DNA of 58,627 nucleotides, counting the filler, from Dugesia japonica (Eukaryota): assembly GCA_001938525.1 (NCBI GenBank). It is 6 parts of 6 records of this genome, joined end to end, with 100 filler letters (N's around TTAATTAATTAA, not from the genome) between each part and the next. Parts side by side here need not be neighbours in the genome. Positions count along the whole stretch, not along the records: positions 12,420 to 21,245 come from MQRL01236166.1; positions 21,346 to 30,279 come from MQRL01593278.1; 4 more parts are not named here. One strand, written 5' to 3'. The position numbers were made by a program, and so were the translations under genes. The notes beneath the pieces are model-generated. The model did no database searches. It was not told where the DNA came from and was given only the letters and a program-made list of their open reading frames with translations. Positions within the stretch are counted from its first letter, which is position 1, and each line of letters opens with the position of its first letter. This document shows, in pieces, positions 13,071 to 26,329 of this stretch.

Positions 13071-14754
13071 TTTATATATTCTCCCCTATAATATTAAAAA
13101 TTGAAACAAAATGTTTACCAAGTAATTATAGTAATTAGTGGGTCATGAAACTTGTAAGTATTAGAATTAATAATTTTCATGTATTGAGTAATATTAAAAT
13201 GTCATGTTTTTGGCATTCATATTGCACTATTCTCACACTTGTAATGGAAACATACTTTGTATGTATTGTAACATATTATTCATTCATCTTATCTACTTCA
13301 TGTAAATTGCATTAAATGTTTTAATACTTCTATACAATTTTATAAAAAATTTTTATACTTTAATACAATTTAAACCACCATAAAATAATTTGTGATTACT
13401 GTGCAATTTCAAAAAATATTTAGAGATTTCTAGTCACTTTTAGTTTTATTTTTCCATTACTTTACAGAAGATTTTGAAAAGATTATCAACTACTGTGTAA
13501 TTTCATAAAATAATTATTGACTACTATGAAATTTCAGATAACAATATTCTTAGGATGAATCACTTGCTTTTCTAAATGTTATATAATTTCATAATCATTT
13601 TCTCGTTAAAGTTTAAATGTTTCTCTCTTAATTTCTCTATTTATCTTGATTTACCATATCTTTGCTCTATTTTACCCTATTCTCCATAATTTTCCAGTGC
13701 GACAGTATCTTTATCTTATGAACAAAGCATTTTTGAAAAGAATACTGTTAGATCTATATACAATTTTTAATTCTGAGTTCAACGGTAACAAATTTAAAAT
13801 CATACGATAAAATCTGACGGAAAGGATTTGAATCCAAAATTGAAAATTTCGAACTTCCAGAGCAAAGCTTTGACCAATCAAATTAGAAATTGAAAAGCTT
13901 TTTTACGTAATTGTAACGACCAATCAAAATTCTAAATTTCTAGATAAATAAAATTTCTGGATCAGTTCATCGACAAGAGGGAATCTGATACAGTCCGCTA
14001 GTATCTAACTATTATATCAAAACCATTAAAATATCTGCCATCACAATAAATAAGTGGAAGAAAACAAGTCTGAAAACCAGTAGAATCAATTAAAAAAAGG
14101 TTAAAGAAAATTTTTTAAAAAAATAAAACCATAATAGGCTTTCAAGAGTTCCAAAAAAGACAGAAAATTCCAATCTTTAATGAAGAATACCCATTTCTAT
14201 TTGAATATGACATACTGCGGATAGAGCATGAAAACCTTAATAGGTGTTGTTGTGCATCCCAAAGATAGATTGAATATGAATATTTTTGAATCGGAATACT
14301 CAACGCAATAAATTAGTTCTTCTTTTTATTAATAAACTAAAACTAAAACATGCTTACTTTATTTTTTTTATTATTATTTATTTTATTTTATTATTTATTT
14401 TTATTTATTCATTTTTTATTTTAAAACAACCGTACTATTTAGCAGGTTAAAGTCTTGTTTGTTAACAGAATTAACCAGATAAATCACTTTATTCACTAAT
14501 AACGGCCGTGCACCACCACCTAGCACATCAAGTCTCACAGTGTCTTGACTGTGAATGATTTCCAATATTACAAAACAAACAGAAACATAAGAATTGCATT
14601 TTTGGAACTTACAAATTTCCATAACACAAAATCAACTGATTAACAAATTACTATATTACGTGATAAAATAGTTATCTTGATTTCCATCAGGATAAGATAA
14701 TAATCAACAATTTTTTAAATATTCTTTATTCAAGAGTTTCTTTTTTCAACTTAC

Positions 14755-14867
14755 TTCACTACGTGTAAGTAAAACTCTCTTTAGAGTTGTATCAGTTGTA
14801 CCAGCTCCTTTCATCGATTTATATAAACGTGTTGCAAAATACATAGGAGTGTTGACAGCTTGAAAAG
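14755..14867 (-). CDS. Internal exon of an annexin gene (repeat 4)
   Basis: 113-nt exon bounded by a TTTAG acceptor and a GTAAGT donor, encoding [37 protein letters not shown] (annexin MKGAGT...RSE signature). Confidence 0.9.
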
Positions 14868-15006
14868 CTAAATAAAGTAAATTAAAACATGTTAATTATT
14901 AATTATATAATATTTTATAATATTAATTCATTATACTTTTAGTTATTTACTAAAATCTAATCTTCAATTATTACAATTAACCAGAAATTATTTGTTACAA
15001 TATTAT

Positions 15007-15072
15007 TGTGCGATTTTTTTTGTGCGGTATATGAAAATATATATTCATATACCGCACAAAAAATATCGAACA
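15007..15072. repeat. Palindromic hairpin, probable MITE remnant
   Basis: TGTGCGATTTTTTTTGTGCGGTATATGAA pairs with TTCATATACCGCACAAAAATATCGAACA. Confidence 0.7.
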
Positions 15073-16339
15073 AAAAAGACCGCTAAAAAACAGGTTTGGA
15101 TGTATCATATTAAAATTATCTTGTTATCATATTAATATTATCTTGTTATCATATTATTATTATTATCTTTGAAATATTAATCGAGATAGAGAGGTACAAG
15201 AGTGTTTGAGATAAAAATGGACAAGTTCGAGAATCATATAGCTTAAATTATGACGCATTATTACTTTGCTGGTGATGGTTTGGAGCGCTACGGAGGGGCT
15301 TAAGCTTGTTATTAATATTTCATTGTTGGTAATTATTCCTTATTTTTATATTTATGATATCAATTATATTTTAATCAAGCTTTAATTTATTATAATGTTA
15401 TTTTATGATTATTTTTATAACTATGTTTATTAAGGTGATTATTTCAATTCATTACAATTATATGTTAAATATTGATATTAACAAGAGCAAGGCTTTATTC
15501 GAGTTTCATTTCTATTTTAATTAGTCGAATAAATAACGATAATGTAGTGGTTGTTTAATGAAATTTAATATTTAATTTCTATTAATACTTTCATTTTGAT
15601 ATATTATTGTCAAGCATAGTTGTAGACAATATTTTCATTGCTTTAAACTTTTAAAAAATATTAGGAATTTCTTAATAATATTTGGATGAAACTCTTTCAA
15701 TAAATATGCATTAAAACCATAAACGTTATTTCACATCATGATAATCATAATATTAATTAATTGTTGTAAGGACGAAAGAGTGTTTCCTATCGAAAAGGAA
15801 TTTTTATTTTTGGATATAAGAATTTGAGTACAATTTCTAGGATATAAGAAATGTTGTTTTAATGTACTGATAATGAAACGCGAAAATATAGGTCTTAAAG
15901 TTAAGGAGCTTAGATTTGTTTAGAATTACTATTGAATAAGATATAATGAGTATTTTAATAACATTGAAGTGTTGCTATTAGTAATTTATTTAATTACAAT
16001 TTTTATTATTATTTCATTATTATTAGTTTTTTGAATAATGGATTTGGTTGCATAAAATGTTTAGTTTGAAATTAATTGTTTTAAAGAACACATCTTGTAG
16101 TAGTATTTTGTTCACGATATTTTGATGTTTAATGATAGAGACTTTAAATAATAATTTAAAATGAATCACGCTACTCAAAATCATGGCTAATAACTATTCA
16201 TACGCAAAGTGAAAGAGGAAGTAGAATTTTCTGAGAACAATAAGCGATGGAGTTCTAACAGCGGAATTCTAACTCCTGCTTCACTGTTATAACAATATAT
16301 ATATATATATATATATTGATTATTTAATAACATAAAGTT

Positions 16340-16832
16340 AAATGAAATTTCGATCTAGATATTGACAAAGATGAACTATTATGATTTAGACGTCGAGAAA
16401 GATAAATCTAACAGAAGCCAAGAAATCGCTGAATGGATGGTCGATTACTTCCAGGAAGTGCAATGATATACCGATCCTTTATGATTCTTGGACGGATATA
16501 AAGATAAACCACGGTTACGGAATCTCAAAATTAAAGAGCAAAAGGAGGAAATACTTAAACTGCGAGCGCACAATGAGCAATTGGAAGAGCAACTTAGACA
16601 GCAGGAATCTGATAGACAACAATAGAATTTAGCTCTGGCGGATCTGCTGTCCAGAACATCGGAGCATCTAAGACGAGCGCAAACCATCACGGAATGACAT
16701 ACGGTGATGGAGAACAATCTACTTAACCATAACCAGGCCGGTAGTAGAATATGTCAGCCGATTGAGCGAGCTATGCCGGTGCTCACAGCTCATTTAGAGA
16801 CGTTAGAAAAGGTAATAGAATCGGCAGTGTGA
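16340..16832 (+). pseudogene. Decayed coiled-coil ORF, possibly a Polinton accessory gene
   Basis: FLDGYKDKPRLRNLKIKEQKEEILKLRAHNEQLEEQLRQQESDRQQ*NLALADLL...; raised GC; converges on the PolB remnant. Confidence 0.35.
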
Positions 16833-17829
16833 TTCCTGTAAATAGACTAATATATTTTATAAATCGATCATTAATAGCATTTACTGTTGAAATAATTAAA
16901 TAATACATTATTTGAAATAAAATGTTTAAAAAAATATATTAAAGTAAATTCAAACATAATGCAATTAAAAAGGCTCACTAAATTAAATAGTCTTTATCGA
17001 AGAAGCCACTTGACACTAAAATTATTAAAACTTATATCACATTTCTGCAATTTAAATTACCATACAAATTTCGTGAATTAATCTGTATGTAGATATATCA
17101 ACCAGGATTACAAAACCCACAAAAGGTGAGTTGTTGATCGAACAGCAGAATACTCGGACAGAAATCAAGAGATTAAGGAAAGTGAATTGTGAGTTGTGAG
17201 CGAAAGCAGATGAAAATAAAAAGAAGCTTTCCACATTGATAAAAGGATTCAGTGTGAGTTCGACGAATGGAACTCACACTCATCTCGAACAATCAAATGC
17301 TCAAAGATATCGTCAAGTCATACGCAGATAGGGAAGCTGCGGTTTTAACAAATATCAAACAACTATAGAAGGAATATCGAGTTAAGAAGCGAGTGGAGAA
17401 AAAAAATGTAATCACAGAGGAGACAATATTTGGTTCACCGTAATGTAGACAAGAAAATATTGAATAAATTTGCTTTCATTTACTTAAAATAAGCATCGAG
17501 ATTTTACCAGTCTCTATTGAGCAGGAATGAACATCAACTAGAACTTTCTATCAAGACGAGATACAGCATAGCATCGCTGAATTCAGGAATGGGGGATCGT
17601 GATGTAAGAGAAGACATCACTAAATTCTATGGTTACTAGGTATCATCCCCCGGACAATCTTTAAATCAACGACGCAACAAAAATTGGATATGCCAGAATA
17701 AATATAGGTACCATCAAAAGTCTAGTAACCCAACACTTTCAAATTGCACTTTTGCAATTTTTTGTCAGTTAATTATTAGTTAAACAAATTTATCGTTTAT
17801 TTAGATTAGTTTTAAAAATGTTTCTATAA

Positions 17830-19153
17830 ATTATTTTTTTCAAAAATCATTTGGTACACAAGTATTGGATCAAGCCAAATGGTGGTTTTTCGTTCCTATT
17901 CTAAATTGTTTCACTGAAACAGATTGACTGTTATTGTAACAATCAAGGTACGTCTGATAATATATGTCCGTACCTTTTAATGTTATACTCTTAGCCTTCG
18001 TCGATTCCTTCTCGCTGAATAGGCTATAACATTTTGGTCTCAGGTAAACCCATTCTTTATATTTCCTTCATTTATTTTCGTCCTTAAATTTTTCTACCAC
18101 CGAATTGAGTTATAAAGAGTGTGGTCTGGTGAGTAATTGGAAGTATCTAGTAATCAGTCCTTTACCACCAGTGGCAATAACCTTTCCTACCTAATGTTCC
18201 TAACTTCTAAGAAAAAGCTATCGGTATCCCCAGCTACTATTATTATCTCACAATTTTCTTGTTTCCTATACTTTTCTAGATCAATGTATTGAAGTCGATA
18301 CATTCGTAATTTGCTTAAATTGAGAACTGTCTGTCCTATGTAACTCGGCATTTTGAGACACACAATGTATTTATTTAATTGTACCACTATTAAATCTTAA
18401 TCAATCTTAATGGTTATCTTAAACCCTGGTTTTGAGGTATATGTCATTACATATTCTCAAGTTTATTCATTTCTTCAGATTTTCAACTGATTTGCCATAC
18501 AAGCTGTTGTTCATTAGGTTTTAGTAATTTTTGTCCAATTCATTCCCATTTTCAGTCCCTAATTTGATGTTTTCATCGACGCATTGCTTGAAAATATGAT
18601 CTTGTGAGAATCTAACTGCCGCGTGAACATTTGTAACTTGCACACCTAATTGCAAGTAAATTTGTAGTAATCTCCAGTGTAATACGTAATTGAACTTTAA
18701 ATAATGAGTCAACATTAATTTCTTGACCTTGCTTCTTGGAGCACATTGATTTTCGGCTGCAATGGGTACGTCACTGAGATAATCATGAAGTTCATTGAGA
18801 ATCTCCATGTCAACTTCTAGTGTGTATCCATATTGTAACGACTCGAGATCTACATATTTACATTCTTCTGAAACTTCTTCTAACCCACAATAAACCCATT
18901 CAAAATTTTTGTATGGTAACTTCTGGCTCAAATCCCAACCATACAGATTATTTATATCGATGTATAACAACTCTGTGTTTTCATCTGAAATAACATGGTG
19001 TTTGATAATAAAGGTGAGCTCACCTCTAATCCCACCTTCGAAAAAGGTGTACATGTCGTTATCAGTTAAAAACTCGATGGGTTTGTTTAAAGTCATCAGA
19101 GCAGATGCCCAGCTCATACCTGGAATGGCAAAGAAATTTAAGGATTCCAGGTG
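17830..19153 (-). pseudogene. Polinton protein-primed DNA polymerase B, C-terminal half (copy 1)
   Basis: PGMSW, EGGIRGE, motif A YIDINNLYGW, motif B NNSLYGKS, motif C VAGDTDSFF, KFKDE; frameshifted; truncated at 19153 by another element. Confidence 0.93.
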
Positions 19154-21245
19154 AGTAGATAAACAGTGGCGCATGGGCACAATTTTATAAATCACCCTCC
19201 TCTACCACAGGGGGGGCTCGGAAAACATTACGCTTGAGCTGCGTTTTTTTAGACAGGATTTTTCTGCTCGTTATTTTTTTTTTGAAGATTTTTGCGATCA
19301 AAACTTTTTTGATCGGATCAGTTTTTTATCCTGAAAGTGTGTGTGGGTATTTATAAATTTAAAATTTTGTGTGTGTTTGGGCTGCTCAGGTGGTTTTTAA
19401 AAAGTAGGTCAATTTGAGTTTGTGTGTGTGGTTGTGTGTGTGTTAGAGTGGAAAAAACGAAGAGGAGGAGCTGGAGATCTTGGAGATAGTTTTTTGTGGT
19501 TTTGAGGATTTGGTTGTGGTTGGATATAAAGTTGGTCTATATATTGTCTGAAGTACTTATGAGTTTGGATGGATGGTTCGTTCTACAATGATAGTGGTAC
19601 AAGGGCACAGTCGTATGAGTTATCGTGGGTAGTTTTTATGGATGCTGTAGGTTTGTATGTGGTTGATGAAATTTGTTGGTTAATGGTTTGTTGGAGAGGT
19701 AATGTGATGAGAAAGATGTTGGTTGTCAAATGTGCTTTGATTTTATATTTTAAGGACTACTATTTGATTGATTTATTTTGTAAGTAGTACAAGTGTGTTA
19801 AAAAAATTTTTCGTGAGGTGGAGGTTGGTATGCGTGAAATTTATAAGCGAGTGATTTTCAGTGTATGTGTTTTGAATTTGAGTTACATCATAGTTGCATA
19901 CCTATTGTATTTATTAATAAAAAACTAATTGCAATAAGATACCTTTATTACGTCAACAACTGTTTTTCTTTTCTTCCTCCAGATGGATTTCTATTGGTTA
20001 CTTTATTTCTATTGATTCTTGGATTGCTATTGGTTCTTGGTTTGTTTCTATCTCTTCTACAACCAATAAAAATTATACAAACATACATAAAAAAGTATAT
20101 AAATAGAGATTCTTTTAAATATTTCATTATTTTTCAAATGGTAGATATTCGCAATTTATCACACAAACAATATGAAATGCTCAAGCAGATAGATATATGC
20201 AACAAAGATACTGAAGATTCTCTACCAAATGCAGGATACAGAAGAAAAATATCGGTAAAATAGTTTTTATTTATGTAAACTTATTAATTATTAGTTTAGA
20301 TCCAGTATGTAATGTCAAACAATCACCCCAACATCTTGTTTTTTGGTTGTAAAAGACTTCATTTGTTAAGTGTTGTAAATATTTTGTTTACTTTTATGTG
20401 TGTGTTGTTTTTCTCCATGTTATATAATAAATCTTATTTAATCAAAGGTTTTTTTATTTTAAACATATAATTTTAATTAAATCTTATAATTAAATAAAAT
20501 ATCTTTTTTAAATTACCTTCTTGAATTGATGGTAAAAGACAAAGGTAATATTTTTAATTTGGATACGAAATAATTTCTTTCAATATTTTCCAGCATTTCG
20601 TCTATAATTAGATCCAAATTCATTATTAACGGTCATTTAAATTAATTTTGTTTATATTTGACATGCATATGTCACTCACAATGCATGTTTGCAATAAAAA
20701 AAACAAATGATAATAACAATTTTTATTTAACTAAATACAGTATTGTACAATTTTGGTCCTAAAGAGGACCGGTTATACGTTCAGAAATGATTTTTTGAAA
20801 AGGCTTTCTTTTTTTTGTATTCATAATCTAAACAAAAACAAATAAAATAACATTGAAAAAATCAATTAAATAACTACCATGGTTTGAGGTTTTGTTCTTG
20901 ACCAGACAGGATCGAATGAACGGTTTTATGGGAAAAAATAACTATGTGATGTTATAGTGACCATATGGGACACTTTTATTTTTGTCAACCCATATGTGCT
21001 TATCATCTGTATTTGTTATTGGTAATTTCTTTCGACTTAATGCTGTAGAGCTGATGGTTTTTAGATGTTATTCTAAATTGCTCTACTGAGACCCATTGGT
21101 TCTCATTATAACTGTCAAGTAAAGACTGATGAGAAATTTCAATGTTAAATCTTTGGCTCTCATGCTCTTCTTTTCTTCGAGCAGGCTATAGCATTTCGGT
21201 CTCAAAAATATCCATTCTTGATACTTCTTCCCTTTATTCTCATCT
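19154..21245. mobile_element. Left part of a second Polinton inserted into pPolB copy 1
   Basis: Begins AGTAGATAAACAGTGGCGCATGGGCACAATTT (26/32 identical to the reverse complement of the 56072 terminus), followed by C/G-run subterminal sequence and its own PolB 3' end at 20942-21245; runs off the contig. Confidence 0.8.
20942..21245 (-). pseudogene. Polinton pPolB extreme C-terminus (copy 2)
   Basis: DENKG, EWIFLRPKCYS, RAK, SVEQFRITSKNHQLY, TDDKHIWVDKNKSVPYGHY across frameshifts. Confidence 0.85.
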
Positions 21246-21289
21246 NNNNNNNNNNNNNNNNNNNNNNNNNNNNNNNNNNNNNNNNNNNN

Positions 21290-21301
21290 TTAATTAATTA
21301 A
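21290..21301. other. Artificial contig-joining spacer
   Basis: TTAATTAATTAA flanked by 44 N on each side. Confidence 0.97.
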
Positions 21302-21539
21302 NNNNNNNNNNNNNNNNNNNNNNNNNNNNNNNNNNNNNNNNNNNNAAATATTCTCACGCAAGCACACAAATCAATGATTTACCTGGAAATATTGCACCAA
21401 AATGTCACATTGAGCCTGGAACGATTTCTGCAGCATAGAACGCTTTATATCGACCGTCAGAGAATACTGAAGGCTTTATGGTAAATATTATGTTCAAACA
21501 GCAAAACTACGATACTGATATGTTAATAAACACTCCTCG

Positions 21540-21800
21540 GTAAGTTTCTAGGAGTCTTTTGATTCCCGAGGTGGAACTGACATTCATTTTGAGTGGCATT
21601 TCAAATACGATCTCAACAATACCAGATGGAATTCGACCGGGTTTATTCAATTCCACGGTTTGCTGTGCCAACTGAATTGGCTAAATTTATTATTAACTAA
21701 CAACTGGAACCACAATTTAAAATAAACTTTGACAGAATTATAAATCGCATCAAATCGACCATGAGTTTTACTACTTATTTCCAAATTTACCATTCCAGAA
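21540..21800 (+). pseudogene. Highly degenerate non-LTR (LINE) ORF2 fragment
   Basis: EVELTFILSGISNTISTIPDGI resembles EV..L......S.GPDGI, and NRPMS resembles NYRPIS, just upstream of where an RT domain would lie. Confidence 0.35.
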
Positions 21801-23228
21801 AGAACTAAATTTATTCCTTGGTGTGAAAAGTCCTGTTTTGAATCAATATATACTAAACCTTTGATTAATTCCTAAATGGAAGAAAAAATATTATTTCATT
21901 TTCTAATGAAATGTTTTACATTTTCAACATATGTTTTATTAATTTTTTGAAGTCGAATTTCTATGAAAGGCTGAGTCATTGAAAACTAAATTCAATTAGA
22001 AGACAATTTGAAAAAAATACGACGGAATAGATACAATTAAATATCCACAAATTACAGTAATTATTTAAACAAATTCTTGAAATTCAAATGGAATATTTAG
22101 AAAGTCTTTATAGCTGATAAAAATTAAACGTTTTAAAATTTATTTGAAAACCTAATTAATCAAAATCATATTATTATTGAAAATGATAAGCATTTAATGA
22201 AAAAATCTTTTGTAATAATTAGCTAATTATTTTTAATTCGACAGATTTTATTATGTAATCTAAATAACTATACAAGATAATTAATTAATATTCTTTGTAG
22301 CTGCTCTTATTTAATTGCTAGAAAATAAATAGTCTATAAAAAATTAAATAAATTTCAAACAATTGTAATAAATAGTGTAATGTATTTTTCGAATTTTTAA
22401 GTGTTATAATGAATATTCCGTTGTAACAGGTATATTATTACATCAAGTAGTTTATGATACTTAATAAAATAAAAACTATTCATCGCACAATTTAAAACTT
22501 TTATTTTAAAATAAATTATTAAAAAATTGGCAACCACCGAATAAATAAAAACGGTACAACAATAAAAAGCAAGAAAACAATCCGTCAAAAAAATAAAGAT
22601 TTAGAACAATTTTTTTAATGGTTATAAAATCCATAAGTGACAAATAAATAAAGCAAAAAAACTGATAAAAGAATCGATGGGAAGCAATTAAAAGAATCTA
22701 ATTATTGGAAAATTAAAAAAATTTTTATAAACAATTAAAAAGTCTCTTATGAAAAAGAACTTGGAGGAGTAATCGAAGGAAATAATTTTATTAATTTCTC
22801 GTTGTAATATAAAACTTGTATATTTGTTAGTTTTGAATTAAAATTTCAGTATTTTGTGAAAACCTTCAAAATATTTCTGCAAAATATTTATATAATAAGC
22901 CCTTAAGAAATCCCAGCAAAGCTCTAGGATATCTGTTGGGTTCAAGAAATCTCTGATAATATCTAAATTACTTGAAATAAATTTGGACAAATATTCAATA
23001 AAATATGATCAAACAACTAATTTAGGATGCCAATAAAATTATATAAGCAAAAACGTTTTATAAATTGGTGTCAGAAGAATTGCATTATCAAAAATAAACT
23101 AGTAAATTGAAAATAAATATAATCAAACATCTCTTTTTCAATCGTTGAACTTTGACAATAGCTAGTATAGAGATTTAAAGTTTCAAAGACCTCTCTTGTG
23201 TGAACTATCTCATTTTATACGCGTATAA

Positions 23229-24462
23229 AGCATAATAAAATACTAATTACTAAATTACTTTAACTTTGGAGACAAAGAAAAAATTTAATTAATAATAAAA
23301 ATGATTTTAAAAACTTGAGCATAAATTCTGTATTAAAACCCCAGATTAAAATACCCAATTATTTCCAAAATATAAATTGGCATTCAACAAAAGTGGCTGA
23401 ATTTTGTCAAATTAACAATAACTGTATCGAAGACTAAATTCTCCAAAACTTTATCCTCATATTCCCTACCAGCTCTTCCCAATAACTCAATGAATACAAT
23501 AGCAGACCAAGTTGTTTCACTTGCAAAAGACAAGGAATAATTACGTTTTCTTTTTCAAGCATGAAAAACTTCTTTCTGTTTTAGCCACTTTAGCAAGTAA
23601 TGTAAAATTGATAGATAACAATGAAAATATTATTGGATAAATATCCTTGTCAAGAAAAACAAGCGTTTTATCCAAAGTTGAAGGCAGTTGAGAAGTTTCT
23701 TATTTAATGAATTGCTTCAGTAATAAAATTTCTCCATTTGGTTGATGACTTAAATTTACTTTATCTTTACCTAAGACTTCAGCAAAGTGACTAGATATCG
23801 GATCGTTTTTTTGTTCTCAGAAATTTTCGTCAGTATTTATTAAGTNNNNNNNNNNNNNNNNNNNNNNNNNNNNNNNNNNNNNNNNNNNNNNNNNNAGCAT
23901 AATAAAATACTAATTACTAAATTACTTTAACTTTGGAGACAAAGAAAAAATTTAATTAATAATAAAAATTATTTTAAAAACTTGAGCATAAATTCTGTAT
24001 TAAACCCCCAGAATAAAATACCCAATTATTTCCAAAATATAAATTGGCATTCCACAAAAGTGGCTGAATTTTGTCAAATTAACAATAACTTTATCGAAGA
24101 CTAAATTCTCCAAAACTTTATCCTCATATTCCCTACCAGTTCTTCCAAATAACTCAATGAATACAATAGCAGACCAAGTTGTTTCACTTGCAAAAGACAA
24201 GGAATCATTACGTTTTCTTTTTCAAGCATGAAAAACTTCTTTCCGTCTTAGCCACTTTAGCAAGTAATGTAAAATTGATCCGTTTTATCCAAAGTTGAAG
24301 GCAGTTGAGAAGTTTCTAATTTAATGAATTGCTTCAGTAATAAAATTTCTCCATTTGGTTGATAACTTAAATTTACTTTATCTTTACCTAAGACTTAACC
24401 AAAGTGACTAGATATTGGATCGTTTTTTTGTTCTCAGAAATTTTCGTCAGTATTTATTAAGT
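23229..24462. repeat. Near-identical tandem duplicate (23229-23845 and 23896-24462) across a 50-N gap
   Basis: Both copies start AGCATAATAAAATAC and end TATTTATTAAGT; scattered SNPs and a ~50-bp indel. Confidence 0.9.
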
Positions 24463-24467
24463 TATTC

Positions 24468-26014
24468 GGAATTGAAATATTTAAATCAACAAATTTAATT
24501 AATTTCTCAGAAAACCGATTCATTATATTTGGTCTAGACCAGACTTTCTATTGGTTAAATGACCAATATCTTTTGAAACTTAGGACGACGAGGATAATGT
24601 CGATAGCGATAGTAATGGAGGGAAAGATGATGTTTCCTCAGACCAAAGTGCATCAACTGGTTTTATATTTTCTCCTTCTGTAATGTTATCTTGAGTTTGT
24701 TTTTTAAAATATTGTAAATTCAGCGTTTGCGTTGATCGTTTCATTTCTAAAAACATCACAAATTTTGATATATTTATAATAATTAAATAATTATACCTTA
24801 AAAATAATTTGTAATGCTTTAAATTAATTTATTTAAATTTATTTATTTATTTAAATAACTTTTTCAATTAATTAGTTAAATTTTTTTATTAAAACAATTT
24901 CTACTTAAAGTTAATTTTTATTAAAAAATTTATGTAATTTATCCCTTTTAGCATTTAGTACTTTTACAATTATTTTTCTCATGTTTGTTTTGATTTTTAG
25001 ATAGAAAGTTGTTTTTAATTTTTCATTTCTTCTTTACTTTTTCTTTACCACGCCAAATATTCATATGAGTAGTCGTTCCTTATCATTATATAGCTTTAAA
25101 AGAATTCGGCTATGAGGTGCGATGGGAGCAATCGCCCCTTGTGGATCCGTCCTTGAGTACATCACACTCAATGGTTTTCTTTCAAAACAGATCAAATTCA
25201 AGAAATAGGAATTCTTTNNNNNNNNNNNNNNNNNNNNNNNNNNNNNNNNNNNNNNNNNNNNNNNNNNGAATTGAAATATTTAAATCAACAAATTTAATTA
25301 ATTTCTCAGAAAACCGATTCATTATATTTGGTCTAGACCAGCCTTTCTATTGGTTAAATGACCAATGTCTTTTGAAACTTAGGACGACGATGATAATGTC
25401 GATAGCGATAGTAATGGAGGGAAAGATGAGGTTTCCTCAGGCCAAAGTGCATCTACTGGTTTTATATTTTCTCCTTCTGTAATGTTATCTTGAGTTTGCT
25501 TTTTAAAATATTGTAAAATCAGCGTTTGCGTTGATCGTTTCATTTCTAAAAACATCACAAATTTTGATATATTTATAAAAATTAAATAATTATACCTTAA
25601 AAATAATTTGTAATGCTTTAAATTAATTTATTTAAATTTATCTATTTATTTAAATAACTTTTTGAATTAATTAGTTAAATTTATTTATTAAAACAATTTC
25701 TACATAAAGTTAATTTTTATTATAAAATTTATTTAATTTATCCTTTTTAGTATTTAGTACTTTTACAATTATTTTTCTCATGTTTGTTTTGATTTTTAGA
25801 TAGAAAATTGTTTTTAATTTTTCATTTCTTCTTTACTTTTCTTTACCACCCCAAATATTCATATGAGTAGTCGTTCCTTATCATTATATAGCTTTAAAAG
25901 AATTCGGCTATGGGGTGAGATGGGAGCAATCGCCCCTTGTAGATCCGTCCTTGAGTACATCACACTCAATGGTTTTCTTTCAAAACAGATCAAATTCAAG
26001 AAATAGGAATTCTT
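24468..26014. repeat. Near-identical tandem duplicate (24468-25217 and 25268-26014) across a 50-N gap
   Basis: Both copies start GAATTGAAATATT and end AGGAATTCTTT. Confidence 0.9.
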
Positions 26015-26329
26015 TAAGAATAATGATATCAAAAACCAAGTACACGCTATTTTCGCAATTCACTTGAGGACCAAACATATAGGTACAATAAACCATGCAC
26101 ATAAAATCTTAAAATGAAAAACTGAAAATGTCACCAGTGGTAGCATCAAGAAAACAAATAAATAAATTATTGAAATTACTACTCAATAAATCAAACAAAT
26201 TTATATTGAAAGTAGTGAACACTGCCCAAATCAAACACTCATCTTAGCACAAAAATCCTCGTCGAAGCAAACAAGTCGCTTAAAAATTAAAAGCTGATCA
26301 TCGATAAATTATAAATAACAGAGAATTCT

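Noticed and set aside
19154-19195. N-terminus MIYKIVPMRHCLST of ORF 18521-19195 as the PolB start
   Set aside because: It is read-through from the inserted terminus; the same pseudo-peptide (IVPVRHYLPT) appears at the 56072 end
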